A DNA stretch of 64,000 nt from Naegleria gruberi. Taxonomy: Eukaryota. The DNA lies in the NCBI GenBank assembly GCA_000004985.1, contig GG738856.1, one strand, 5' to 3'. Of this stretch, positions 47,738 to 60,090 are shown piece by piece; within the stretch, counting starts at the first letter, position 1; the number at the start of each line of letters is the position of its first letter. The notes beneath the pieces were generated by a model, which was not told the DNA's origin, made no database searches, and saw only the letters and a program-made list of their open reading frames with translations. The position numbers and the translations under genes were made by a program.

Positions 47738-50700
47738 ATGGCAAAGTATACAGTTTCAGAAAAAGCTGCTACTGTAGAAGATAAAGATGCCATGACATCA
47801 CAAAAGGATCTTGATGAAATACATACAATGATCTATTGCAAACCATTGAAATTGAATTGGTTTCTATTAATTTTATATTATATTTTAGTGATTTGTTCAT
47901 TAGGATTATTACTTTTACTTTCAAGATGGTTTGAATGGTTAAAAACAAGAATGACACACTTGGAGTGCTCCAATGAAGAAGCACAAATGGTATTGATCAA
48001 GGTAAGTGGATAATATATCGGAATTAGTGTCACAACTGTCTATAGAGTGCCACTGGTGCTTTAACTGCCTGCCCTGTTCAAAAACACTTCATAGGAAATT
48101 ATAGTTCTAGCACATCATTTGTTTCCAGTATCAATATTTTTACTTACAGATTTGTCAAATATATCTATGATACTGATTCCGATAAATTTAGAAGATTACA
48201 ATTCAATACAGCTGTTCCATACACTACTGTTCATTCTGAATTTTCTACAGGACTTACATCACAAGCAAGAGTTTTGAGAAATATTTTATTTGGAAAGAAT
48301 TTGATTGAAATTCCTGTGAAGAATATTGTTTCATTGTTATTGGATGAAGTTTTGCACCCTTTCTATATTTTCCAAATTATTTCTGTAACTATTTGGTTAG
48401 CTGACGAATATTGGTCATACTCTGCCTGTATTATTGTTTCAGCTGTTGTATCAATTATTTTCAGTTTAATTGAAACTAAAAGAAATTTGACTAAATTGAG
48501 AGATATGGCCCACTATGCATGTGATTTAACTAGATATTCTAAACAAGGAGAAAAACAAGTTGTCTCATCCGAACAACTTGTACCAGGTGATGTAATTGAA
48601 TTAACAGATGGTATTCTGTTACCATGTGACGTTCTCCTTCTCTCTGGTCAATGTATTATGAACGAAGCCATGCTTACAGGAGAAAGTATTCCAATTGTTA
48701 AAACTCCACTGCCTAATGAAGGATCCACTAACTATTCTGTAGATGCTGACAAATCCTTTACCCTTTATTCGGGCACTCAAATTATGCAAATTCGTAAAAT
48801 TGGAGATGAGAAAGTCAAAGGTGTTGTTTGTAGAACTGGTTTTGATACGGCCAAAGGAAAATTAATTTTATCAATTCTTTTCCCAAAGCCATCCTCATTC
48901 AAGTTTTACAGAGATTCTCTCAATTTCGTTGGTTGCATGTTCGCTATTGGTTTGATTGGTATTGCTTATGCTATTATCAAACTTGCTGTCTCTGGAGTTC
49001 CTTGGGACAACATTATTCTCAGAGCTCTCGATGTTATCACTATTACTGTTCCGCCTGCCCTACCTGTGGCTATGACAACTGGTATGTCTTTTGCAGTGGC
49101 TAGACTTAAGAAAACCAAAATATTTTGCATTTCTCCTAACAGAGTTAATGTTGCTGGTATGATTAAGTTGATGTGCTTTGATAAGACTGGAACAATTACC
49201 ACAGAAGGCTTAGATCTTTATGGTGTTCACCCATTGGAGGATGCTGAATTTTCTGACATGATTGTTGAGGAATCAGTTACTGAAGCATTTAAGGATGTTA
49301 AAAATTTGAGCGAAAAGAAAAAGATGTTGCTTTACTCAATGGCATCATGTCATGCCTTGACCTATGTTAACTTTGAATTAGTCGGTGACCCTCTTGAAGT
49401 TAAAATTTTTGAAGCAACCCAATGGAAACTAAAGGAACCACAAGCTTCAGACTACATGTTTGAGACTCCAATTCCTACTGTTGTTCATCCACCTCATCAC
49501 AATCACCACAAGACAGAATTGACAGAATTGGAAGTTCAAAATATCGATATTACTAGTCTTCCATTTGAGCTTGGCATTCTTAAAAAGTTTGAATTTAAAT
49601 CATCATTACAAAGAATGTCAGTAATTATGAGAAATCTCCAAGAAGAAAAAACTTATGCCCTCGTTAAAGGCTCACCAGAAATGATGCAAAAATTATGCGT
49701 TCCTGAATCAATGCCAGCTGACTTCTCAAAAGTTCTTTACGAATATGCCCACAAAGGTTTCCGTGTTATTGCTTTTGGTTATAAGGAATTGGATCAACCA
49801 TGGAAAAATCTTCAAAGAGCATCAAGAGAAGAAATTGAAAGTGATTTGACATTCATTGGTTTTGTTTGTATGCAAAACAAAATGAAACCAGACTCTAAGA
49901 AGGTTATTACCTCTCTCAATGAAGCTGGTATCAAAAGTGTCATGGTAACTGGTGACAATCCATTTACTGCCATCTCTGTTTCTAGACAATGTGGAATTGC
50001 CAAACCTGCTGGTAAAGTTTATTTGGGTGAACTTAAGGAATCTCACTATGGTGCATCATCTAATCAACATTATATTGACTGGAAGAATGTAGATGGTGAG
50101 GACAGATTAGATCCTGACAGTCTTACACCAATAGACACCAATGACTATGCTCCTTACGAATTGGCAATCACTGGTGGAGTTTTTGAACGACTTGTTAAGG
50201 ACCATACTTTAAAGATTGAATTATCTGGAAGTACTACATATGTAAATATCGATTCTCCATCTCTGCTTCACAGAGTTTTACTTGGATGTAAGATATTTGC
50301 TAGATTCACTCCTGACCAAAAGATGAGACTTGTTGAAGAATATCAAAAACTTGAATACTTTGTTGGTATGTGTGGAGATGGTGCCAACGATGCTGGTGCT
50401 TTGAAAGCTGCTCATGTTGGTATTTCATTGAGTGAGGCTGAAGCTTCCATTGCTGCTCCATTTACAAGTTTGAAACCGACAATTGCTTGTGTTCCAAAGG
50501 TCATCAAAGAAGGAAAAGCTGCATTGGCTACTAGTTTCCAAATGTTCAAATTTATGATGGTTTACAGTTTGATACAATTCTTTACTGTCATCCTCTTGTA
50601 TGATATCAATAGTAATCTTGGTGATAATCAATTTTTATGGGTTGATGGTGTTGTCATCTTTACTATGGCCCTTCTCATGGGTAGAACTGGTTCAAATAAG

Positions 50701-51430
50701 AAACTTGTTAGAGATAAGCCTTCTGCCTCATTGGTATCTCGTGAAGTCTTTTTTTCCATGGGATTCCAAATTCTTATTACCGTAATTAGTCAAATTATTA
50801 TTTGGAATAATATCAAAGTTCAAGGATTTTTCACTCCTCTTGATCCTGAACCAGAAACCAAAAAGAATATCAGATGTTATGAAACCACTGCCATGTTCTT
50901 GCTTTCTACATTCTTTACATATAATGCTGGTTTGTCATACAGTATTTCCAAACCATTCAAGAAACCTGTTTATAGAAATAGTAAGTATTTAAAGAAATAT
51001 TTTGAATTTTTTAACAATTAATTTAGAGCTCTACTTTGGACTTTTGGTTTTACTTTTTGGCATTCTCACCTACTGTTTCCTGATGCCTGACTATTATTTG
51101 AGTTGGTTCTTGTATATTAGAAGTATGCCAGTATACTATCGTTTCATTCTCTTTGGTGTCGCATTAATTCACATGGCCATCAGTTATAGCTTTGAAAGAT
51201 TCTTCATTCTTGGACCAGGTGTGAAGTGGTTGAGAGTGTTTTCAATCCGTCCTTTGAAACGTCTCTATTATTATTTGAGAGGACGTAACACAAGAATCTC
51301 CAAGAAGAGAAGACTCTATTCTAAATTGAAAGAAGCAATCAATGAAAGAGGAAGAACATTTGCCTCCACATTCTCTGAAAAGGATAGCTTCACTCAAACT
51401 AAGAGTTTTGGAGGTGTAGAATTAGTTTAA
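47738..51430 (+). CDS. P5B-type P-type ATPase (ATP13A2/Ypk9-like), ~1200 aa. Three exons: 47738..48001, 48046..50980, 51027..51430.
   Basis: DKTGTIT phosphorylation site. GDGANDAGALKAAHVGISLS hinge. PPALP in M4 marks it as P5B rather than P5A (PPELP). N-terminal hairpin (AQMVLIK) and C-terminal TM helices are recovered by 44-nt and 46-nt introns (GTAAGT..CTATAG and GTAAGT..AATTTAG). Confidence 0.85.
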
Positions 51431-51523
51431 AATTCTCAAATATTTGAAGTATTCCAATAAAATTCGTGTTTTCTTTACAAAATATTCTAAATACCATTTT
51501 GCCGCCTTCCTGTTTTCTCTTGA

Positions 51524-52274
51524 TTGAAAAAAATGAGTCAACAAAGAGTTAAAGACGAAAAGCCTTCCACAACAAGTGTGAGAGCAAATTTTGTTCGGGT
51601 TTCCGATTTGCAGAAAAATGGAGGCTCTGGAATTGATTATAAGAATTTATTTGGTCACAAGAAGACTGCATCCTCTTCTTCATCATCTTCCGTAAAAGCC
51701 TCTTCTTCATCAATTGAAAAAAAGAAGCCTTCCCGATCATCAACAAGTAGTACAACAACATCAAAAACAGAAAAGAAAAAAGCACCCGTTAAAAGAAAAT
51801 ATAAATCTAGAAATTCTGAACCTGTCAAAAAGGTTGAAAAAGGTGACAAACTCAAATGGATAACAAGAAAAGGAAAGAAATATGTATCTTATAATGGAAA
51901 GAAATATAGTGGAAAAAAAGGTATAGTTAAATTGTTATACATTCTCATTAAATCATTAAGCTTTTCAAATTTACAAAGAGTGGAAGGAAGTAAATGGAGA
52001 AGCATCAGATGAATCAGACAATGAGCAATCAGATGAAGAATATGTTCCGCCAAAGAAAAAGACTAAAAAGGAACCAAAAGAAAAGAAAGTTGAAGAAACT
52101 AAACCAAAACTCAAATTAAAAAAGAAAGAAATTGACTCTCAAGCAATTACCATTGATAAATTCTTTAAAAAAGAGGCTAAAGTGGAAACAATTGAAATTG
52201 AATCGGAAGACGAAATTGAATCATTCAGTACTGGAGATGAATTTGAGGATGATGTTGTGGAAATCATTGACTAA
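51524..52274 (+). CDS. Lys/Ser-rich protein with an acidic C-terminal tail (~230 aa), probably nuclear or chromatin-associated. Two exons: 51524..51920 and 51979..52274.
   Basis: The second exon has no start codon but continues in frame after a 58-nt intron (weak GTATAG donor, ACAAAG acceptor). S-rich, then KKYVSYNGKKY..., then SDESDNEQSDEEYVPPKKKTKK.... Confidence 0.45.
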
Positions 52275-52285
52275 TTTATTATTGA

Positions 52286-53777
52286 TTAAGAAATAACTCT
52301 TTCATTTCTTAATATCTGTAGTATTGCTTGCTTTGTCTCCTTATAATCTATTAGATTCATAACAAGGGTCTTCTTGTAAGATATTGTTGGAGGTATATGA
52401 GATAGATACATATTTTGGATGTATTGTATTGACTTTTGAACAATCCATCCTCTATTTTTGTAATACACTTTGAATATATTGTTTTCTTCATCAATAGAAT
52501 CAAGCTGATTTCTTGTCATTTCTTCAAATGTTTTCATAGCAAATCTATAGCTAATATGTGGGTGGTGATATTTACACAAATTGTACCAAACATTTTCTCT
52601 ATTTGCTGCTTTGTTGAATTGCTTACATGATTGCATGACTGAAAACAAATCATATGGATTCAAAAACTTGAAAATTTCTGAGAGCATGTCTTCATTCATG
52701 TTGGTTGAAGGAATTTGATTGACTTCTATTGAAGAGTTATTTGATTTTCCAAAATTAATGAATGGTTTGATTGGTTCAACACCCTCTATCATGAATCCAT
52801 TTAAAATCTTGCTTTCCAATAAGTCTACCTTGCTAAATATTATATACAATGGTATGTTAGAGGGGAAATTCCCATCAGATATTGTTTTCTTGAAGCAGCT
52901 CAATGAATCTGTCAATCTATTCAATGAATCATCTTTAAACTATTAACTTTGAAATTTGAATTAATTTACCAACCTTCAAAACAAAACTGATTAAATTCTG
53001 ATAATGAAATAACATAAATTAAACATCCCAACTTGTGTTCAAATATATATTTCCACTCTTTCCAAGATTTAAATATTCAATTTTGAATTCATAATGCACT
53101 TACTTTTCCTTCCACACCTCTGACCTTCAGAATCAAGAATAACCACAGTTCGATTCTCAACTAAGTTCGACTTGATTATGTATTCAGGTATTCCAGTTGT
53201 CTGTTAAGATACATTCTTCAATAACTATTGAAATCAACTGAAACTTACCATCCAATATGATTCCAAATCTTCCTGTAATCCAATATCAAGATTTTGAATA
53301 GAATCCACTTTTCTCAATAGACTTTCAAAATTTTCCAAAGGAAACTGATATCTGTGACGATTACTATATGCCAAGTGAATGTTGGGAGTGGTAAAGAATG
53401 GAATGAATTTCCTTATTGCCTCATAATCCGAATCGATATTATTACTAAGATATTGATTATCCAACTCTGTATTTAAAATACTAGCCATAGCATTCTTCAT
53501 CATGTAATATAGTATCCGCCTTAATTCTTCTCTATCAAACTCTGTTAGCGAGTACTTGTTCAATGCTGATTTGAAATTTTTCACAAGTGTACTTTTACCA
53601 CCTTCCCCTAATAAACGTTTAGAGAATTATCACTTAATCGAACAACCTACCAGTCCCAATTATTCCCACACAAAACGGATTCATTTCTACTCTGTTTACT
53701 TCATCAATAACGTCATTATCGCTCATTGACGAAGAATCATCATTATCAAATGATGATGAAGAGTTATGTTGACCCAT
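52286..53777 (-). CDS. Heterotrimeric G-protein alpha-subunit-like protein fused to a C-terminal F-box (~437 aa). Five exons: 53777..53651, 53607..53249, 53200..53104, 53057..52974, 52932..52286.
   Basis: MGQHNSS (N-myristoylation consensus). P-loop GTGEGGKST assembled across intron 1. Helical-domain tail ...LQEDLESYWM|TTGI (switch I). DSEGQ in place of DVGGQ. KWKYIFE...CLIYVISLSEFNQ (cf. KWIHCFE..AIIFCVALSDYD). NRLTDSLSCF...IPLYIIFSKVDLLESKI (cf. NRMHESMKLF...ILFLNKKDLFEEKI). After that the G5 region is absent and an F-box follows (LSEIFKFLNPYDLFSVMQSCKQFNKAANRENVWYNLC). Introns are 43, 48, 46 and 41 nt. Confidence 0.7.
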
Positions 53778-53857
53778 TTTGTTTTAAAAATGTATTTTAA
53801 GGTTTGTTATTTGAATAAAATACCTTAATTTTTTATTTAGTGTTTCCGTAAAGAGAT

Positions 53858-55263
53858 TTAAAGAGTCAATTGGCTACCTTCAATCTTTGCCTTTTGATAT
53901 TTGGTACTAACCCATCCATCTTGGTTAGTTTCAAATCCAACATGGCCTATGTCTTGCCATTTTCCATTAGCAACCAAAGGTCCCTTAATTTGGAGAGTAC
54001 CGTCAACAATCTTAACTTCAGTATTGTCAACAAGTTGTCCGTTAATTGTCAAAACTCCTGATGATTCTTCTAATCCAGAAACAACCAAAGTGTTTGTGAC
54101 TTGTGGTAACTTTTGTTTAATCAAAGCAAGAGCAGTAGTAGAATCAAATCCAAGAGGAGCACAAATAACAACATTCTTCAAATCATCATAAGTATTCTTT
54201 GAGAAATCAGCATGATTCAATAAATCATCCAAATCTTGTGGTTCAGTGAAGAGAGTAGTACACTTTTCCTTTGACAAGAGAGAAAGTGTAGTAGCAATAT
54301 TGTATTCTTCAGATGGATAAACAATAACACCACCAGAAACAAAGGAGGCAAAGTTGCCCAAAATAGCTCCGGATGGAGTTGTAGAGTATTTTGGAACCAT
54401 AACACGGTCACCTTGTTTCAAGTTAAGAGCCTTAGCAACTGTAGAACCAGCGTTGAGGAGATTCTTGTGTGAATAAACAGTGGTGGTAGCCTTGTCTGGA
54501 TTCTTGTCATTAAATAAAATCAAACTTGGGTTATTTGGTTCCAATTCCATAGCAATTCTACGGAGAGGAGATTCATAGTATCCAAATGGACCATAAACCA
54601 AAACATCCTTCAATTGATAAGTTCCTTCTTTTGGCTTTTCCTTGATATCAGTGAAAAGAATTTGTTTACAGAATGGGAACTTTTTAGACTTGAATGGAAG
54701 ATGTAATTCTGACAAACTTAATTCTGGAACAACTTCTCTGATCATTTTGTAGTAGTTTCTGTTTCCGATCTTTGTAGATGATACCAAAACTCTTGGTCTA
54801 ACTAATTCCATGAATCGACTAGTTTATGTTAATGATATCATATCAACAACAATAACACTTACGTCATATCTTTGGCTGTTTTAATTTCTGGGAGAGGAAC
54901 CAAGATAGCACCAATCTTTGCACAAGCAAGGAGAGTAACAAGTTGTTCGGCGTTCATTCCTTGATTCAAAGCCAATCTATCACCAGGTCTAAGACCCATT
55001 TCAGTTAATCCACAAGCCAAAGCTTCCACATGTTTCTGAATTATAATAAATTTGTTAATTTTCTACTATTTAAATTTTCATCAATACTCACTTTAAGAGT
55101 AGAATATGACCAGTTGACGTTTTGGTGAGTACACTTCAAAGCATTGGCGTGAGGCATTTCTCTGGCATTTTGTGAGAGTTGGTATCCAATTGTAGTGTTG
55201 ATTTGTTGAGACTCAGCTCCCTTCAAATAAGTGGAAGCGAATCTTGTTTGTGCTGTAAATCCT
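53858..55263 (-). CDS. ANL-superfamily (AMP-binding / acyl-CoA-synthetase-like) protein, degenerate and C-terminally truncated. Exons: 55263..55092, 55035..54863, 54818..53858, plus a probable short 5' exon near 55412..55455.
   Basis: Colinear with 4-coumarate/acyl-CoA ligases (GDRVMVP..., NVVICAPLG, SGLEESSG for YGxTE, EVKIVD, QDIGHVG for TGDxG). The TSGTTGxPKG P-loop is replaced by DKATTTVYSH. The ORF stops immediately after the hinge. Introns 55 and 44 nt. The exon at 55263 starts in phase 2 with no ATG. An upstream ATG (MLTRVAKNLQKRS..., presequence-like) could splice in. Confidence 0.6.
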
Positions 55264-55779
55264 CTATTTTTGTTGTTTTAATAATTATTCATCATGATGA
55301 TAATAGTAAAAATAATAATATAAATATTCAAATATTTTCGCTTTTAAACATACATCAAAGGGATATAGTCTAAATAATAAAGGTTAATAAAGAATAAAAT
55401 AAACACGGAAGATACGAACGCTTTTGAAGGTTTTTGGCGACTCTTGTAAGCATTTTTTATGGTGTTTAAAATCGTTTACTTTTTTACAATCCAACTTGCT
55501 CCAGTCATTTTATCAATATTAAGTTTGTTAACAATAAGAAATATTAAATACTTTTCATTCTCTGTTAATACCAAGTAAATACTATTCTCTTGCTATCCAA
55601 TATCTCATGTTGTATTCAACAAATAATTGGTGGTCGAGTTTGGATGTTATGACCGCTACTTTGGTTTCTTCCTGGCTCTTGTTGAATCCCAACAAACAAC
55701 CGTTAAAAAATATTGAGAGTCAAAAGTTGTCGACTCGAGCGCGAACAACACGCAAGAAAAACACAGGGAAAAAATAGCA

Positions 55780-58700
55780 ATGACAAGCAAGAAGAAGAAG
55801 GCTTCATCTTCGTCATCAACAACATCGTCATCACATGAAGAGGAATCATCAACAACAAAAAATAATATTATGGAGGATGATGCGGGTACTTCTAGTAATA
55901 ATAACAACAACAAGAAACACAAATCAAGTAAACGTAAAAAAAATTCTGATGAAAGTGTAGTGGATGAAGTAAAAAAGACACCTCTCAAAGTGAAAATTAA
56001 ACTGGGTGATACTGAAACAACAGTAGATCCTCTCGAACCTGAAAAGAGAAAGAAGAAGAGAGAATCTAAAAAATCCGATCAAAAATCACTTGTTTCAACA
56101 CTTATTACCCTTTTGGACAAACTTTTCAAGGCAGATAAGAAACAGAACTTCTGGTATGCTGTTCCCGAAAAAGAAAAACAGTACTATCAAGTCATTGATA
56201 ATCCTATGGATTTATCTTCAATTCAAGCAAAATTACTTCTTGGAAAGTACTCTTCAATTGGTAAATTTAGACAAGATCTAGACATTATTCACAACAATGC
56301 AGAAAAGTTTAATGGACAAGCTTCCCCAATTTTCAAGGCTGCAGAAAGGTTGAAATCAATTTATACAAAAGAACTTTCAGCTTACTCCGATTCGGATCCA
56401 ATAGTAACACCTCTCACAAATGACGATAGTACAGTAGAAGAATGTATGATACAGATTATAGATGCTCTTAAATATGAAGATTCTTATTCCATTTTCCATG
56501 AACCAGTCCCAAAGGAAGTTCCAAATTACTATGAGACTATCAAAAAACCAATGGATTTTGCCACTTTGAAGAAGAAGGTGACAGATCATAAGCTTTCCAT
56601 TTCTAAGTTTGAAAAGTACATGTTACGTATTTTTTCTAATGCAACAAAGTTCAACCTTCCAGATACTCTCTACTATGCAGAAGCTGTAAGAATTTCAAAA
56701 CTTTCTACTGAGCTGGTAGAGAAGCTTAAATCAAAATTCTCCTCTGAATCAAAACCAACTGTCACTATCACTGTAAAGGAGCCGCAACCAGAAGAGAAAA
56801 AAGAGAAAAAGTCAAAGAAAAAGAAAGAAGACAAAAAAGTCGAGAAGGAAGAAAAAGAAAAGAAATCAAAGAAAAAGAAAGAAAAAGAAGAAAAAAAGGA
56901 AGAAGTTAAAGTAGAACCTATTGTAGAAGAACCTTTTATTGATTTGAATGATACAGGATCTATGAGCGACGATGTTAAAACACCTAAGAAATCTTCCTCT
57001 GATAAAAAGAAAACTCCTAAGACAAAATCGACTACAAAATGGAAGGATCGTGTACGTATTACAGACTTAGATTTTCCAGATTTGGAGGACACACCTTTGT
57101 ATTCTCTTCTTGAATTAGTTTGGAAAAAACTAATGTCTATAGACGAATATTTAATATTTAAAGATCCTGTATCCAAAGATGTACCAAATTACCATAATAC
57201 AATTAAAACCCCAATGGATTTAACAACCATTAAGGGAAAAATAGATGATAAGAAATATACTAAGTGGCGAGAATTTGAAGATGATGTTGATCTTGTATAT
57301 GATAATTGCAAAACTTTTAACTCTCAAGATTCTATATATTCAAAAGAAGCTAACAGACAGCATAGATGGTTCAGAAAATGGAAGAAAGATATGGTGACTC
57401 ACTTTGGCAAGATTGAGGTTGCCGATCTTTCTGAAAAAGTTGTTTGTGACTATTTTAACGAGATATCTGTTGTTAAGACACACGCACCAAAGTATGATGT
57501 TACTCTTTTGAATACAATGGAAGAAGCAGAAGAGGAGACAACATTACCAAAAACTTCTCTTTGCTATCACCTTCTCAAAATTACAGAAGAGCTTAAAAAA
57601 CACGACAAGAACAAATACTTTTGGGAGAGTGTTGACGAAAGCGTTCATCCAAACTATAGTAACCAAATCAAACATTCTATTTGTTTATCAATGATAGCCA
57701 GTAATTGTAACAACAAACATTACAAGACTATTGATCAATTTATTAATGATATTGATCTCTTACATACTAATACTTCTACTTTCTTCTCTCCAAACTCTAA
57801 AGAAGCAAAAGAATCAAAAGCCTTATTGAATCTGGCTAAAGAAAAAGCACAACCTTTGAGAATTAAGACTTTCAAAGATGGTCCAACTTCTGCCAATAGT
57901 TCCAGTACAAACACTACAACACCAAAAACAAGGAGAGAAACTAGGGCATCAAGTTCACTTTTGGATGATATTGATAATTTTCTTGATATGGATGAAAAGG
58001 ATGATTTATTATCTAATGTGAAATCCGATAAAAAGAAGAAACCTTTAGCAAGTGCCTCTAAACCAAAAAGACGAAGACCAGTAAGCACTGCTGCAACAAA
58101 TCCATATAATAAGGATATTGAATTAGGATGGGTGCCACATATTCATAATTGTGCATACTGGCAATTCCCATCCTATTTGCCTGATCCTAATCCAGAAAAT
58201 AGACCTAAATCAATTGAATCCAATCATGATGCAACTCAATCATTCATTGATCCAGCATCCCTATCTAGCTCGTACAGTAGAGGTGATGATGAATCAAACT
58301 CATCTCAAGATGAAAGTGCTCCAAAACCAAAGAAAGAGAAAAAAGAAAAGGAAAAGACTCAAAAAATCACTTCCAATTCATCCGACATTGTTATTCCACA
58401 AAACATTTCAACATCAAAAACACCTAAGACCACCAAGAAGGAAAAGAATGTCACTATTCCACACACACCAACCTTAAATATCTCAGTTCCCCCATTCACC
58501 TCACCAAATTTATTCTCTCAATCAGCCACTGGTTCTAAATCAACTGCTCCACCTCAGGTTGTACATTTAACTACTGTTGAAAATAGACCACTTCCAAAGT
58601 ATTCCTATATCATCAAAAAGTATCGACAAAATTTATCTATTAACAAACCTAAAATTGATTTGAATCAACTCAAGACTATGAATCTTTCGGATTGTATGAA

Positions 58701-59256
58701 ACTCTTCTCAGATGATGAAAGATCAGTTTCTGAAATCGTTGAAGCAATGAAACAAAAACCAGATACCATACCAACAGATAATCTTTTATATGGACTTTCA
58801 GGCTTTAAGGACATTAGCCCAGAAGATGATGAACTCATTCAAAAGTTGGTCAAGATTGCTACCAAAGATGGAGGATTCAAGATGGATTCACACTTTGATA
58901 AGGCTTCACGTAATAATTCTTCACCAAAAGCTTCACTTTCATCAAAACATGTTGAAAAGGACATCATGGATGAAGATGATGACGACGATGAGGATGATGA
59001 GGAAGAAGAAAATGATTTGTCTGACATTGAAGATTTTGATGAGGAATTCGACCATAAGAAGGAAAAGTACACAGAAGAAGCTGATATGGATGATGACGAC
59101 GATGAATTTGTTGAGGGTGATGTTATGGAGAGAGTTTTGCAAGATTTTGAAACAGTTACCTTCCCAAGTACTAGAAGAAGTACTCCCGAAGAATTGTTCA
59201 AGAAGGTCAAACAAACACTCATGGATGAAGGTGTTAATATCTTTGAAGATGAATAA
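55780..59256 (+). CDS. Multi-bromodomain protein (4 bromodomains, polybromo/RSC-like) with K/E-rich and acidic low-complexity regions
   Basis: Four bromodomain signatures, e.g. FWYAVPEKEKQYYQVIDNPMDLSSIQAKL...NAEKFN and YLIFKDPVSKDVPNYHNTIKTPMDLTTIKGKI...CKTFN. Single 1158-aa ORF. Confidence 0.8.
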   Translation: MTSKKKKASSSSSTTSSSHEEESSTTKNNIMEDDAGTSSNNNNNKKHKSSKRKKNSDESVVDEVKKTPLKVKIKLGDTETTVDPLEPEKRKKKRESKKSDQKSLVSTLITLLDKLFKADKKQNFWYAVPEKEKQYYQVIDNPMDLSSIQAKLLLGKYSSIGKFRQDLDIIHNNAEKFNGQASPIFKAAERLKSIYTKELSAYSDSDPIVTPLTNDDSTVEECMIQIIDALKYEDSYSIFHEPVPKEVPNYYETIKKPMDFATLKKKVTDHKLSISKFEKYMLRIFSNATKFNLPDTLYYAEAVRISKLSTELVEKLKSKFSSESKPTVTITVKEPQPEEKKEKKSKKKKEDKKVEKEEKEKKSKKKKEKEEKKEEVKVEPIVEEPFIDLNDTGSMSDDVKTPKKSSSDKKKTPKTKSTTKWKDRVRITDLDFPDLEDTPLYSLLELVWKKLMSIDEYLIFKDPVSKDVPNYHNTIKTPMDLTTIKGKIDDKKYTKWREFEDDVDLVYDNCKTFNSQDSIYSKEANRQHRWFRKWKKDMVTHFGKIEVADLSEKVVCDYFNEISVVKTHAPKYDVTLLNTMEEAEEETTLPKTSLCYHLLKITEELKKHDKNKYFWESVDESVHPNYSNQIKHSICLSMIASNCNNKHYKTIDQFINDIDLLHTNTSTFFSPNSKEAKESKALLNLAKEKAQPLRIKTFKDGPTSANSSSTNTTTPKTRRETRASSSLLDDIDNFLDMDEKDDLLSNVKSDKKKKPLASASKPKRRRPVSTAATNPYNKDIELGWVPHIHNCAYWQFPSYLPDPNPENRPKSIESNHDATQSFIDPASLSSSYSRGDDESNSSQDESAPKPKKEKKEKEKTQKITSNSSDIVIPQNISTSKTPKTTKKEKNVTIPHTPTLNISVPPFTSPNLFSQSATGSKSTAPPQVVHLTTVENRPLPKYSYIIKKYRQNLSINKPKIDLNQLKTMNLSDCMKLFSDDERSVSEIVEAMKQKPDTIPTDNLLYGLSGFKDISPEDDELIQKLVKIATKDGGFKMDSHFDKASRNNSSPKASLSSKHVEKDIMDEDDDDDEDDEEEENDLSDIEDFDEEFDHKKEKYTEEADMDDDDDEFVEGDVMERVLQDFETVTFPSTRRSTPEELFKKVKQTLMDEGVNIFEDE

Positions 59257-59688
59257 ATTATCAGATTCATCTCTACATATTGTGTGTGGTATTTATTTTG
59301 TACATATTTACCAAACGCTTCTTCACTAGGAGTATGGGGACAAGTTAAAATTTTGAATCATTTCCTATGAGTGACATTCTTCATTTACACTTCGAATTCC
59401 CATTTTTTCAAAAATAATAACATTATTATCCTCCTATAATATTATTAATTCTGATCCGATCACTAATCAATGATAATTTACTGAATATTTATTCTTCGAT
59501 TTAATGATCATTTATTGTGTCTGAAGTTATTCTCCCTTCACGAAGAATGTTGTGTGAAAACTCTCATCAAGCATTATTTTTTGATGAGAGTTTTAAAAAT
59601 GCGCTTAGCGCAGACTTCATTGTAAAATACTCATATGCCTAGGCAACCTCAAAAATTAAAAATTTGTTTCGAAAAAAAATAGAACACA

Positions 59689-60090
59689 ATGACCGCCGGA
59701 AAGACTTCTATCAAGGTTAGACAATTCTTCACTAACAGACTTTTGAACAGAAAGCAATTCGTTGTTGACATCCTCCACCCAGGTCAACCATCCCTTTCTT
59801 CTGCTCAATTGAAGGAAAAGTTGGCTGAACAATTCAAGGTTGCTAACCCACAAACTATCATGTTGACTGGTTTCAAGACTAAGTTCGGTGGTGGTAAGAG
59901 CTCTGGTTTTGCTAACATCTACGATTCCATCCAAGATATCAAGCTCGTTGAAGCCAAGCACAAGTTGGCTAGAAACAAGCTCATCACCCTCAAGAAGGAC
60001 GGTAGAAGATTGAAGAAGGAAAAGAAGAACAGAGCCGCTGCTGTTCGTGGTAAGGAAAAGACTAAGGTCAAGGGTGCCAACAAGAAGTAA
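59689..60090 (+). CDS. RPS24: 40S ribosomal protein S24 (eS24)
   Basis: FTNRLLNRKQFVVDILHPG...FGGGKSSGFANIYDS...KHKLARNKL matches eS24 along its whole length. Confidence 0.9.
   Translation: MTAGKTSIKVRQFFTNRLLNRKQFVVDILHPGQPSLSSAQLKEKLAEQFKVANPQTIMLTGFKTKFGGGKSSGFANIYDSIQDIKLVEAKHKLARNKLITLKKDGRRLKKEKKNRAAAVRGKEKTKVKGANKK

Noticed and set aside
52436-52946. Plus-strand ORFs 52436..52630 and 52719..52946 opposite the Galpha/F-box last exon
   Set aside because: Antisense shadow ORFs with no start context or homology.
53140-53160. tRNA B-box-like 'agttcgattctc'
   Set aside because: It lies inside a coding exon of the Galpha-like gene. There is no matching A-box and no acceptor-stem complementarity.
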